Part shown: positions 17,356-25,872 of the stretch, in pieces
Layout: each line of letters starts with the position of its first letter
Position numbering within the stretch: the first letter of the stretch is position 1
Source of the DNA: Nostoc sp. TCL26-01
GTDB lineage: Bacteria; Cyanobacteriota; Cyanobacteriia; Cyanobacteriales; Nostocaceae
NCBI RefSeq assembly: GCF_013393945.1
Contig: NZ_CP040297.1
Span: forward strand, 5,886,809-5,918,808
DNA length: 32,000 bases
Reading direction: 5' to 3'
Translations under genes and position numbers: made by a program
Notes under the pieces: generated by a model
Told to the model about the DNA's origin: nothing
Seen by the model: the letters and a program-made list of their open reading frames with translations, nothing else
The model's database searches: none

Positions 17356-18440
17356 CGTGCTGGTCTCCCGCCTAGAAGATTCTTCCGCCAAAGCTCACCC
17401 AAGCTATAATCTAATAGCCATGCTGACAACTCATCCTGATTCAGCCTGCGTAGGGAGGATGTCCCTTGATTACGGTCTACAACAATCACATCGTTAGCCA
17501 CAAATTCGTTGAGCAGTTCGACGGACTGAGTAGAAACAATCACTTGTTTAGAGGCAGTACGCATCAGCGCAGCCAGCACTGTAATAGCATAGGGATGAAG
17601 TCCTAGTTCTGGCTCATCAACTAGAATAGTTTCTGGCTGGAGGTCTTCAGGTTGTAGAAAAACCGTTGCTAAACACATAAAACGCAGCGTACCATCCGAA
17701 AGCAAGTGTGCCTTAAACGGAATATCCTGTCCTCGCTCAAACCATTCCAACTCAATCACTTCCTTGTTTTGAGGAACAGGACGCAGATAAAAGTCCCCAA
17801 AGAACGGTGCAACAAGCCGAATGGTTTTGATGATTCTTTGATAGGATGCCGGGTAACTGTCACGCAACAGATAGAGAAAGGATGCAAGGTTGCGGGCATC
17901 AGGACGCAGATAAGCATTGTCATTGATACCGTGCAGTTGTTTTATGTAAGCACTGTCACTCGTATCATGAAAATGATAAACTCGCCATTGCTGCATGGCT
18001 GACAAAACATACTGATTAATTTGGGTTTCTGTGCCAGTGAAAGCTTTTGTCTCAAAATGACCTCTACCTAGTTCATGTTCACCACTCATGTTCCACCAAA
18101 AGGATTCTCTAGCGAACATCAAGCGATTATCTTTGGTTGCTTCCAAGGTGGCGAAGTACCCATTATCACCGAAGTATAGCTGAAACTCTAATTGCTCCGT
18201 TGTTTTCCTGCCAAAATGCAATAAGGCATCAGGACTGCCTTGGCGACTGACAAAAACTTGTAGGTTCTGCTCCAGCAACTGCCCAACCATGCGGAAGAAG
18301 CCGATAAAATTGGATTTTCCTGCCCCATTAGCGCCAATCAAAATATTCAGTCTGGAGAATTCCAAGTCACACGAGGCAATTGACTTGAAGCCTTTTAAGA
18401 CTATTCTCGACAATTGTTTGTTACTGTTCATCCCCGTCAT
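17352..18440 (-). CDS. ABC/SMC-type 'AAA family' ATPase (AAA_21/AAA_15-like, OLD/PARIS AriA-like class)
   Basis: Walker A IGANGAGKSNF, ABC signature-like LSDGTLRFMCL, Walker B ILVDEPELGLHP and H-loop STQS. ATG 18440 lies 8 nt after GGAG; the ORF track opens at TTG 18455. Confidence 0.85.
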   Translation of the reverse strand: MTGMNSNKQLSRIVLKGFKSIASCDLEFSRLNILIGANGAGKSNFIGFFRMVGQLLEQNLQVFVSRQGSPDALLHFGRKTTEQLEFQLYFGDNGYFATLEATKDNRLMFARESFWWNMSGEHELGRGHFETKAFTGTETQINQYVLSAMQQWRVYHFHDTSDSAYIKQLHGINDNAYLRPDARNLASFLYLLRDSYPASYQRIIKTIRLVAPFFGDFYLRPVPQNKEVIELEWFERGQDIPFKAHLLSDGTLRFMCLATVFLQPEDLQPETILVDEPELGLHPYAITVLAALMRTASKQVIVSTQSVELLNEFVANDVIVVDRNQGTSSLRRLNQDELSAWLLDYSLGELWRKNLLGGRPAR

Positions 18441-18585
18441 AGAACAGTCTCCCAATAAACAGGATTTTTAGCTGCTAGTTTCATTTTATTTTGTATATGA
18501 GTATATTTAATTTTGTTCAGCCATTTAACGCAGACAAGTTGGTAATTAGATCACAATAGATATGTAGCCTGTTGTTTATCCAACC

Positions 18586-19950
18586 TTGAATCAACCTAAC
18601 TCCGTGGGAAATTTGCAAGAAACTCATTTAAACCGCGCCCGTGCCAGTCTTAGACAAGCACTGTCTTGGTATGGATATCTTCGCAAGTCAGGACATTTAT
18701 CATCTAACCCAGAATTGGCTGGTTTTGTGAAGCCAGAATTGGAAATATTAAACGCCACACTCAGCAAGCTAGACTCTAATGTGATTAGAATTGCCGTTTT
18801 TGGGTTAGTGAGTCGGGGTAAGTCGGCGGTGTTGAATGCCTTGCTGGGGAGTAAGATTTTGCAGACTGGCCCCCTTAATGGTGTGACGCAATGGCCGCGT
18901 TCTGTGCGCTGGCAACCGGGTGACAAGGTGATAGTAGAATTAATTGATACACCTGGGCTGGATGAGATTCAGGGAGAGTCACGGGCAAAAATGGCGCGGG
19001 ATGTGGTGCAGCAGGCTGATTTGATTTTGTTTGTAGTATCTGGTGATATTACCCGGACTGAATACCAAACACTGTTAGAATTAAGACATGCGCAAAAACC
19101 ATTGATTTTGGTATTTAATAAGATTGATTTATACCCGGATACAGACAGGGGAGCAATTTATCAAAATCTACAACAACTAGGTGCGGGGAATCCCCAAGCC
19201 AAGCCTTTGTTACCAGATGAAATTGTCATGGTGGCGGCGGAACCTGCACCGATGGAAGTCAGGGTGGAATGGCCTGATGGGAGGGTGAGTTACGAATGGG
19301 AAACACCACCGCCACAGGTACATGAACTTAGACAGACTATTTTAAACATTCTCAACCGAGAAGGCCGATCGCTCTTAGCTTTAAATGCCCTAATTCAAGC
19401 ACGGGATGCCGAAGCAGCGATCGCTCAAAAAACTATTGACATCCGCCAACAAGAAGCGGAAGATATCATCTGGCAATTTACTAAGTACAAAGCCCTGGCT
19501 GTGGGGTTAAATCCTGTGGCTTTTTTAGATATCATCGGGGGAACCTTTGCTGATTTAGCGCTGATACGTTCCTTAGCACGGTTGTATGGCTTGCCCATGA
19601 CTAGCTTTGAAGCTGGGAAAGTTTTTAAAACCATTTTATTCAGTTCTGGTGGCTTATTACTGGGAGAATTGGCTAGTGGTTTGCTCTTTGGTTTAGGTAA
19701 GAGTACTGCGGCCTTAACCAGTGGGGATAATCCTACCAATATTACTGCCTTTGCGGGGAGTGCGATCGCTCAAGCCGGAATCGCTGGTTATGGAGCCTAT
19801 GCTGTGGGGAAAGCTGCCCAAATATATCTAGAAAAAGGCTGCACTTGGGGACAATTAGGTGCTAGTACTGTCATTCAAGAAATCCTTTCACAAGTAGATA
19901 AAAATACAATTCTGTATCGGTTGCAACAAGAATTAGGTATGAAATATTGA
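18586..19950 (+). CDS. GTP-binding protein with C-terminal DUF697 membrane-associated domain
   Basis: G1 GLVSRGKSAVLNALLG, G3 DTPGLDE, G4 NKIDL and a glycine/alanine-rich hydrophobic C-terminus typical of DUF697. Start uncertain: TTG 18586, GTG 18604 or TTG 18613. Confidence 0.8.
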   Translation: MNQPNSVGNLQETHLNRARASLRQALSWYGYLRKSGHLSSNPELAGFVKPELEILNATLSKLDSNVIRIAVFGLVSRGKSAVLNALLGSKILQTGPLNGVTQWPRSVRWQPGDKVIVELIDTPGLDEIQGESRAKMARDVVQQADLILFVVSGDITRTEYQTLLELRHAQKPLILVFNKIDLYPDTDRGAIYQNLQQLGAGNPQAKPLLPDEIVMVAAEPAPMEVRVEWPDGRVSYEWETPPPQVHELRQTILNILNREGRSLLALNALIQARDAEAAIAQKTIDIRQQEAEDIIWQFTKYKALAVGLNPVAFLDIIGGTFADLALIRSLARLYGLPMTSFEAGKVFKTILFSSGGLLLGELASGLLFGLGKSTAALTSGDNPTNITAFAGSAIAQAGIAGYGAYAVGKAAQIYLEKGCTWGQLGASTVIQEILSQVDKNTILYRLQQELGMKY

Positions 19951-20270
19951 GAATAAATAAAAATTATTTCCCTGATTGATAAATTGTCAACTTCTATCAA
20001 ATTCCCCTGATAATTGCCCCCAAATTTGATTTTTAGAGGCAATATAAAAGGAATGGCAGGAATTTGCTCATAGTCAGACTACTACAGCATTTTTACCTGT
20101 GGTCATTAGATATGAAAAGACGAGAATTCCCAAGCAGATTTGCTCAAAATATGGCGGTTTTTACCACCACACTTTCTTGGGAAGCTTATCTAAACTAGAA
20201 ATTGTCAGTTCTTAAGAGCATAAGAGCTTACAGAGAATGTTAATCTCACTAACAAAAGGTGATCAAGCTC

Positions 20271-20549
20271 ATGACAATGACCTTTGATGTAGCTTCAGCT
20301 AATGCCAACTCTAATCAAAACGGAGCTACCAATTTAGAAACAGCTATCTTAACAGCTATTACCGAAGCACGTAACACTTGTGAACAAACAGGTGATGGTT
20401 CGGCTAATTGTGCTGTAGCCTGGGATATCGTTGAAGAATTACAAGCAGAAAAATCTCACCAACTACAAGCCAAAAAACATAAAAATTCTCTAGAAAACTT
20501 CTGTGACCGACATCCAGAAGCGCTAGAATGTCTGATCTACGACGTTTAA
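20271..20549 (+). CDS. cp12: CP12 (Calvin-cycle GAPDH/PRK regulatory protein)
   Basis: Core AWDIVEELQAEKSH, N-terminal Cys pair CEQTGDGSANC and C-terminal Cys pair CDRHPEALEC followed by IYDV. ATG 20271; the ORF track opens at GTG 20259. Confidence 0.85.
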   Translation: MTMTFDVASANANSNQNGATNLETAILTAITEARNTCEQTGDGSANCAVAWDIVEELQAEKSHQLQAKKHKNSLENFCDRHPEALECLIYDV

Positions 20550-21364
20550 GATTGAGCAAAATTAGCGATCGCTGATTGGGTGATTTGTTGAATTGCTGTT
20601 AAATCTGGTGGTGGTATTTCATTTTGGGTTCCTAACCACAACAGATATTCAATATTTCCCGCCGGGCCTGTAATGGGTGACCAAGTTAAACCCTGGTATT
20701 TCCAGCCCAATGCTTCAGCTACTTGCAAAACCTGAAAAATAGCATCAGCTTGGTCGTCAGGATTACGTACAACCCCTTTTTTACCCACACGGGCTTTTCC
20801 CACCTCAAACTGTGGCTTGACTAGCAACACCGCCTCACGGGGCAATTGAGTCAGTCGCCAGACAGCCGGGAGAATCTTCGTTAAGGAAATAAACGATACA
20901 TCCACCACCGCTAAATCCGGAAGAGGATCGTCCTCACCGTATAAATCCTCAGCTTGGAGTTGCCGTAAATTGGTACGTTCTCGCAACTTCACCTGGGGAT
21001 TATTTCGTAAACCCCAATCGGTTTGTCCATAACCGACATCAACGCCATAAACCAGTTTAGCGCCGGCTTGCAGCAAACAATCAGTAAAGCCGCCTGTAGA
21101 AATCCCACCATCTAAACAAACCCGGTCAGTTACAGGAATAGCGAATAATTCCAAAGCTTTGGCGAGTTTCTCACCACCACGGGAAACAAACCGCGATCGC
21201 TCTTTAATCTTAATCTCAGCCGCCGCATCAACTTCTGTCCCCGGCTTATCAATCACCTGTTGATTTACCATCACTTCCCCCGCCTGAATTAACCTCTGTG
21301 CCAAGGTGCGAGAATTACATAAATCCAACTCTACTAATAATGTATCGAGTCGTTGCTTAACCAA
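20546..21364 (-). CDS. tlyA: TlyA-family rRNA (cytidine-2'-O)-methyltransferase (S4 + FtsJ domains)
   Basis: N-terminal S4 RLDTLLVELDLCNSRTLAQRLIQAGEVMVNQQ, FVSRGGEKL, SAM motif CLDGGISTGGFTDCLL and VDVSFISL. TTG start. Confidence 0.85.
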   Translation of the reverse strand: MVKQRLDTLLVELDLCNSRTLAQRLIQAGEVMVNQQVIDKPGTEVDAAAEIKIKERSRFVSRGGEKLAKALELFAIPVTDRVCLDGGISTGGFTDCLLQAGAKLVYGVDVGYGQTDWGLRNNPQVKLRERTNLRQLQAEDLYGEDDPLPDLAVVDVSFISLTKILPAVWRLTQLPREAVLLVKPQFEVGKARVGKKGVVRNPDDQADAIFQVLQVAEALGWKYQGLTWSPITGPAGNIEYLLWLGTQNEIPPPDLTAIQQITQSAIANFAQS

Positions 21365-21489
21365 TTAACTTGACTCTCCCGATAATATTAAACTGATGAT
21401 ATTCATCTTTGAGCGATCGCCAGATAACTAAATTGCCTTCTATTTTAAGGATAAATGAATAGTAAAAATCAACCCTACCGATAACTTTT

Positions 21490-22167
21490 ATGACTCAAAC
21501 ACAAGGCGAACTAAAGCTACTTACTTTCGATGAATTTATCGCATGGTATCCAGAAAACTCAGAAGTGCGTTACGAATTACATGATGGGGTGATTGTTGAG
21601 ATGCCTAAGCCCAAAGGGGAGCATTCTAATTTGGCTGGTTTTTTGATTGAAGAATTACTCATCGCCATTAGAGAGATGGGTAAGCGTGGTATCTGGACTA
21701 TACCTAAAGAGTCTATTATTAAACCATACCGTGAGAGGTCAGGGTACGAACCGGACATTATTGTTTTAAATCAAGAAACTATTAATACTGAGACACGCTG
21801 GAAAAAAGAATCAGTTATCCATAATGCTAGTTCGGTCAAACTAATAGTTGAAGTAGTTTCAACCAACTGGCAAGATGATTACTACGATAAGCTGCGTGAC
21901 TATGAAGCTATGGGTATACCTGAATATTGGATTGTGGAGGACACTGCGTTGGACGGGTTTCCCGGCTTGAAGCAAGTGTCCGTTGATTATGCAGCCTTGG
22001 GTGGACGTGTATTTATTGGTAGTCCCAAAGTTCCCACTATTTTCGTCTGTGAATTGATTGATGGTGAATATCAAATGACACCCTTTAGAGAAACAAACCT
22101 AATAGTGTCTCCTACTTTTCCACAGTTGAATCTAACCGTACAACAAATTCTTGACTCGGTAATTTAA
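21490..22167 (+). CDS. Uma2-family (DUF820) restriction-endonuclease-like protein
   Basis: LTFDEFIAWYPE...YELHDGVIVEMP.P.GEHS, EPDIIVLN, VKLIVEVVS and EYWIV are typical Uma2 motifs. Confidence 0.8.
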   Translation: MTQTQGELKLLTFDEFIAWYPENSEVRYELHDGVIVEMPKPKGEHSNLAGFLIEELLIAIREMGKRGIWTIPKESIIKPYRERSGYEPDIIVLNQETINTETRWKKESVIHNASSVKLIVEVVSTNWQDDYYDKLRDYEAMGIPEYWIVEDTALDGFPGLKQVSVDYAALGGRVFIGSPKVPTIFVCELIDGEYQMTPFRETNLIVSPTFPQLNLTVQQILDSVI

Positions 22168-22205
22168 TCTGATTAGGGATCTTGTTGACGCTAGCCATTG
22201 GTGCA

Positions 22206-22538
22206 TTATGATAAAGCCAGCAGCGATAAGCTCTCATCTTCATAAAATAATTTGATTGCGTTAAAATCTCGACGCAGCAAATTTTCAACTTGCAATGTTG
22301 AACAGTTTCCCAGGCGAAGCCAAATAACTTTTGGTGGATTTCCAAAGACTAAGCTTAGGTCGTGCATATCTGCATCTTTTGAGACAATCATCAAATTATT
22401 GTTTTTTGCATAATCCCAAACTATTGGATCTATTGCTGCTTTCATACCCACACCTCGAACATGAAGCGAATTGGGGAAAAGATCGCTCAAACGGTTCGGC
22501 AACTTGGGCGACAAGTTTTCATCAAAAAGTAATTTCAT
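22206..22538 (-). CDS. DUF5615-family PIN-like (Mut7-C-like) putative toxin
   Basis: MKLLFDENLSPKL...L...FP.S.HV...G...A.D..VW.YA..N...IVSKDADM fits DUF5615. ATGA overlap with the upstream DUF433 gene. Confidence 0.8.
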   Translation of the reverse strand: MKLLFDENLSPKLPNRLSDLFPNSLHVRGVGMKAAIDPIVWDYAKNNNLMIVSKDADMHDLSLVFGNPPKVIWLRLGNCSTLQVENLLRRDFNAIKLFYEDESLSLLALS

Positions 22539-22765
22539 GGGGATAGTGGAGCAGTCATAAACCGACGCTCACGGTCAGCAGCATAAGCAATGCAGGCTTT
22601 TAAATCTTCTCTTGTCAGGTCGGGAAAATCGTCGAGAATCTCTGCTTCGGTCATATCGGAAGCTAGGTATTCCAGCACTTCATAAACTGTAATTCGCAAG
22701 CTGCGTACACAAGGTTTACCACCGCGTTTATTTGGTTCGATCGTGATGTAGTTTCGGTAGTTCAT
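22535..22765 (-). CDS. DUF433-family putative antitoxin
   Basis: ITIEPNKRGGKPCVRSLRITVYEVLEYLASDMTEAEILDDFPDLTREDLKACIAYAA is the canonical DUF433 pattern. Confidence 0.85.
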   Translation of the reverse strand: MNYRNYITIEPNKRGGKPCVRSLRITVYEVLEYLASDMTEAEILDDFPDLTREDLKACIAYAADRERRFMTAPLSP

Positions 22766-22782
22766 AGTTGAAATTATCGTAC

Positions 22783-22799
22783 TTGTGTCCTCGACACAA
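22783..22799. promoter_or_regulatory. 17-bp perfect palindrome TTGTGTC-ctc-GACACAA, candidate operator of the DUF433/DUF5615 operon
   Basis: Direct reading. Lies 18-34 nt upstream of the DUF433 ATG (22765). TA operons are commonly autoregulated through palindromic operators. Confidence 0.3.
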
Positions 22800-22883
22800 T
22801 ACTAGCGCGATCGCCCCTCACCATAGTTTAAATGGAACAACAACTCACGGGGATTGCGTGTCCATCAGTCACAATACCTGAAA

Positions 22884-23156
22884 TTACTTAACTACACGCT
22901 CCATGACACCACCAAAAGATGCAGCAACGTTATATCCGATTTTGATACCAAATAGTCGCGCGTTTGGGTGTTTCTCGCTCAAATAGTCAGCAGCGCGTAA
23001 GCCATTTTCATCAACTTGATAGTCACCTGTCTCAATGTCAATGATGACCATCTTGCCAATATTCTCTTCTACCTCCACTTCCTGACGGATTCTACTTTCA
23101 TATAGTTGCTTTGCATGTCGGGCAACCTCTTCACGGCTTAACAGAATTGCTTGCAT
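22884..23156 (-). CDS. hypothetical protein (conserved-looking small cyanobacterial protein)
   Basis: ATG at 23156 (MQAILLSREE...); the ORF track extends to TTG 23216. No domain that I can name with confidence. Confidence 0.5.
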   Translation of the reverse strand: MQAILLSREEVARHAKQLYESRIRQEVEVEENIGKMVIIDIETGDYQVDENGLRAADYLSEKHPNARLFGIKIGYNVAASFGGVMERVVK

Positions 23157-23403
23157 AATTTGACTCCCGATCGCTACGCCATTTCTGTGTACCCCTTCAT
23201 AGTATCTTACGAACAAACGACAAATTATGGGTGAAGTGCGTTAGCGGAGCTTACCGTAGGTATCGCATTACCTCTCACCTGAAAATCACAACTCAAAGAT
23301 CACCTCTCGCTACGTCTCCATCGAAAGATTGAGGGTGATTGACCAGACTGCATAAGTATCTTAATAGAGGTAAAGTTTTTATACTCTCTCTTTGCCAAAC
23401 ATT

Positions 23404-24354
23404 ATGTTGACGGTTTTAATATCCTCCTTGGTGTTGACGTTTCACAACGTTACGGTGCGAGTGTTGTTTTCTGAACATCTCTTACTGGGGTTATTTTTAG
23501 TTGGTGGATACGTAAAACCGGATTTGCCAAATTCGTTTTTGTTGATGTTTCTGCGGATGCTGTTAGTGGTTCCACTTATGGCATCTCTGGCATTTAAACT
23601 ATATCCATCTGCCCTGCAAGAGTTACGAGAGTTGTTCAGCCGTCAACGCTGGGATGTGATGTGCCAAGCTTTTGGCTGTGGGATATTGATGTTTTTATAT
23701 ATTGCTTCACTCTACATTGCCATTGGCTTAATTCCTACAGGCATTGCTTTAACTCTCTTTTTCACCTATCCTGTATTCACAGCGTTGCTAGCTTGGAGAT
23801 TTTTTGGCGATCGCCCGACACTTTTCCGTTGGTTAGTGATGGGTATTATTCTCCTGGGTGGTGTCTTAACAGTTCCCCCATCTTCTGATGCCTATAGCAG
23901 CAATGACATTACAATAGGTATCCTCGCCAGTGTTGGTTCTGGGATTATTTACGCCTTTTATAATGTCATCGCCCAAAAATGTCTAGAAAAATTCCATCCA
24001 ATTCCCTTCACATGGATTAGTTTTGCTTCTACTCTGCTGCTTTCTGGTGTGAGTTTACTATTCTTTTCACCGCCTAGTAGTCAACTTGACTGGACACCCA
24101 TATGGATTGGCAGTATATTTTCTGGGTTAGTCAGTTTTATCGGACATACACTAAACAATCAAGGAATTCGCTTGATTGGTGCAACTAAAGCCTCTATCAT
24201 CGGTTCTAGCAGTCCAGCATTAACAGCATTAGTGGCCTGGGCAACAATTAGCGAAACTTTAAACCTGATTCAGAGTGTGGGGATTGGTGTTGTCACTTTG
24301 GGAATTGCTTTGTTGAGTGGAGAGGGATTTTGGCGTAAGCGTCGCTCATTGTAG
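23404..24354 (+). CDS. EamA/DMT-superfamily transporter
   Basis: About 10 predicted hydrophobic helices in two halves, with a G-rich C-terminal helix (GIGVVTLGIALLSG) typical of EamA repeats. ATG 23404; an in-frame TTG at 23392 is also possible. Confidence 0.75.
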   Translation: MLTVLISSLVLTFHNVTVRVLFSEHLLLGLFLVGGYVKPDLPNSFLLMFLRMLLVVPLMASLAFKLYPSALQELRELFSRQRWDVMCQAFGCGILMFLYIASLYIAIGLIPTGIALTLFFTYPVFTALLAWRFFGDRPTLFRWLVMGIILLGGVLTVPPSSDAYSSNDITIGILASVGSGIIYAFYNVIAQKCLEKFHPIPFTWISFASTLLLSGVSLLFFSPPSSQLDWTPIWIGSIFSGLVSFIGHTLNNQGIRLIGATKASIIGSSSPALTALVAWATISETLNLIQSVGIGVVTLGIALLSGEGFWRKRRSL

Positions 24355-24457
24355 ATCACTTTAACAAATTCAGGGTATAAAGTTGTTACTCACTGACACC
24401 TTTATACTCTTTGTCAAAACCTCTCTTTTCTCTGTTACTGCGTAAGTTCGATTCTGT

Positions 24458-25111
24458 ATGCTTTATTCTGCTATTTTTTTTGATTTAGATGGCACTTTAA
24501 CAGATCCTCAGCCAGGGATCACTCGCTGTTTTCAGTATGCCCTTTCAGAACTCGGTTACAGCCCACCTGATGCAGATGAATTGCATTGGTGCATTGGCCC
24601 CCCTATTCAAGATAGCTTTTCGCAGTTATTGAAAACTGGTGATGATGCAGTGCTACAACAAGCTATTTCACTTTATCGGAGTCGCTTTGCCACGATAGGA
24701 TTATTTGAAAACTCGCTGTATTGCCAAATTCCCGAAACTCTCAAAACCCTGCGCTTGGCTGGCTATCAAACTTTTGTAGCGACATCAAAACCATATATTT
24801 ATGCCACCCGCATTATTGAACATTTTGGCTTATCGTCACTGTTTGATGGTATTTATGGTAGTGAACTCGATGGCAGACGGAGTTTGAAAGGTGAGTTGAT
24901 TCAGCATATTTTAGTCAAAGAAAATTTCTCACCGTCTGATGTAGTTATGGTAGGCGATCGCCAACATGATATCATTGGGGCCAAGCAAAATCAGGTAACT
25001 GCAATTGGTGTTACCTATGGTTATGGAACGCAAGCAGAATTACAAGCCCACGGTGCTGATTTGCTTGCTCATTCTCCAGATGAAATTGCCAAATTATTGG
25101 TTCATAGCTAA
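24458..25111 (+). CDS. HAD-superfamily hydrolase (phosphoglycolate phosphatase-like, subfamily IA)
   Basis: Motif I FFDLDGTLTD, motif II VATSK and motif IV VGDRQHDIIGA. Confidence 0.85.
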   Translation: MLYSAIFFDLDGTLTDPQPGITRCFQYALSELGYSPPDADELHWCIGPPIQDSFSQLLKTGDDAVLQQAISLYRSRFATIGLFENSLYCQIPETLKTLRLAGYQTFVATSKPYIYATRIIEHFGLSSLFDGIYGSELDGRRSLKGELIQHILVKENFSPSDVVMVGDRQHDIIGAKQNQVTAIGVTYGYGTQAELQAHGADLLAHSPDEIAKLLVHS

Positions 25112-25116
25112 GAACA

Positions 25117-25728
25117 ATGAATTTCACCACTGGAAAAAATAAGGAATCAGAAGATCCAGAAGCGATCGCTTCTATTCCTCCACTAGTCAAAAAAGCCGAA
25201 TCCTTAGCAGCACAAATAGATTTTACCCAATCTTCTCTGCCAGAAGTCGGTCTTCTTTTACGTGTTCTCACAAGTCACATCACACAGGGACGAATTGGTG
25301 AAATTGGTAGTGGCTGTGGTGTCGGTGCTGCTTGGATTGTCAGTAGCTTACATCCTGATAGTCAATTCATTACTGTAGAAATTGATTCCCATCTAGCCAC
25401 AAATGTTCAACAATTATTTATAAATAGATCCAATGTTACTGTACTTCAAGGTGACTGGCATGACTTACTCACTTATGCCCCCTTTGATTTGTTATTTGCT
25501 GATGGTGGAAGAGCAAAAATTGTTGAACCGGAAATATTAATTACTGCCCTCAAGCCTGGAGGTTTTATTTTGTTGGATGATCTCACACCCGAAGAATATT
25601 GGCCTCCAGAATGGCAAGGAAGGAGTGATCCCATCAGAGAATTTTGGTTGAAAGATACTCGCATTATAGCTACTGAAATTCGTGTCACAGCAAAAAGTGC
25701 AGTAATTTTAGCAACGCGCATTCAATAA
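25117..25728 (+). CDS. class I SAM-dependent (O-)methyltransferase
   Basis: Motif I IGEIGSGCGVGAAWI, post-I acidic TVEID and LLFADGG. Lies 5 nt downstream of the HAD gene, so probably co-transcribed. Confidence 0.75.
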   Translation: MNFTTGKNKESEDPEAIASIPPLVKKAESLAAQIDFTQSSLPEVGLLLRVLTSHITQGRIGEIGSGCGVGAAWIVSSLHPDSQFITVEIDSHLATNVQQLFINRSNVTVLQGDWHDLLTYAPFDLLFADGGRAKIVEPEILITALKPGGFILLDDLTPEEYWPPEWQGRSDPIREFWLKDTRIIATEIRVTAKSAVILATRIQ

Positions 25729-25747
25729 ATTTTTCTTTCTGTACTTT

Positions 25748-25801
25748 CCTCCGCGTAGCCTTCAACAAGCCGCGAAGTGTCTACCTCTGCCTTTAAAATG
25801 A
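25748..25801. repeat. small dispersed repeat (Nostoc-type), copy B
   Basis: Shares CAAGCCGC(A/G)AAG(C/T)GTCTAC and the CCTCTG..T..AAAAT tail with 12185-12259. Confidence 0.5.
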
Positions 25802-25872
25802 TTAACTCTGTACCTCATTTACTTAGGAATTGCTATAAACCCAATTGTTGAATATTTTTATCTAGCAGTCTT

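Noticed and set aside
14699-18502. 8-bp direct repeat ATATGAGT at 14699-14706 and 18495-18502 as a possible target-site duplication flanking the whole four-gene cluster
   Set aside because: A single 8-mer match between two AT-rich spacers is within chance expectation, and there are no accompanying terminal inverted repeats or integrase/transposase genes. I do not count it as evidence.
18624-19739. Minus-strand ORFs 18624..18926 and 19425..19739 inside the GTPase/DUF697 gene, plus the plus-strand ORFs 17706..18002 and 18289..18471 inside the ATPase gene
   Set aside because: These are shadow ORFs overlapping CDSs that have clear Walker or G-motifs. They have no independent support.
20546-20549. 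Very tight or overlapping convergent gene ends (cp12/tlyA 4-nt overlap; metalloprotease/recR 7-nt overlap at 31107-31113; 5518/5525; 10777/10792) as something unusual
   Set aside because: Compact convergent termini are common in cyanobacterial chromosomes. No additional signal, such as a conserved hairpin, distinguishes them here.
22112-22345. 77-aa minus-strand ORF overlapping the end of Uma2 and the DUF5615 gene
   Set aside because: It overlaps two well-supported genes in other frames, and its sequence has no recognisable features.
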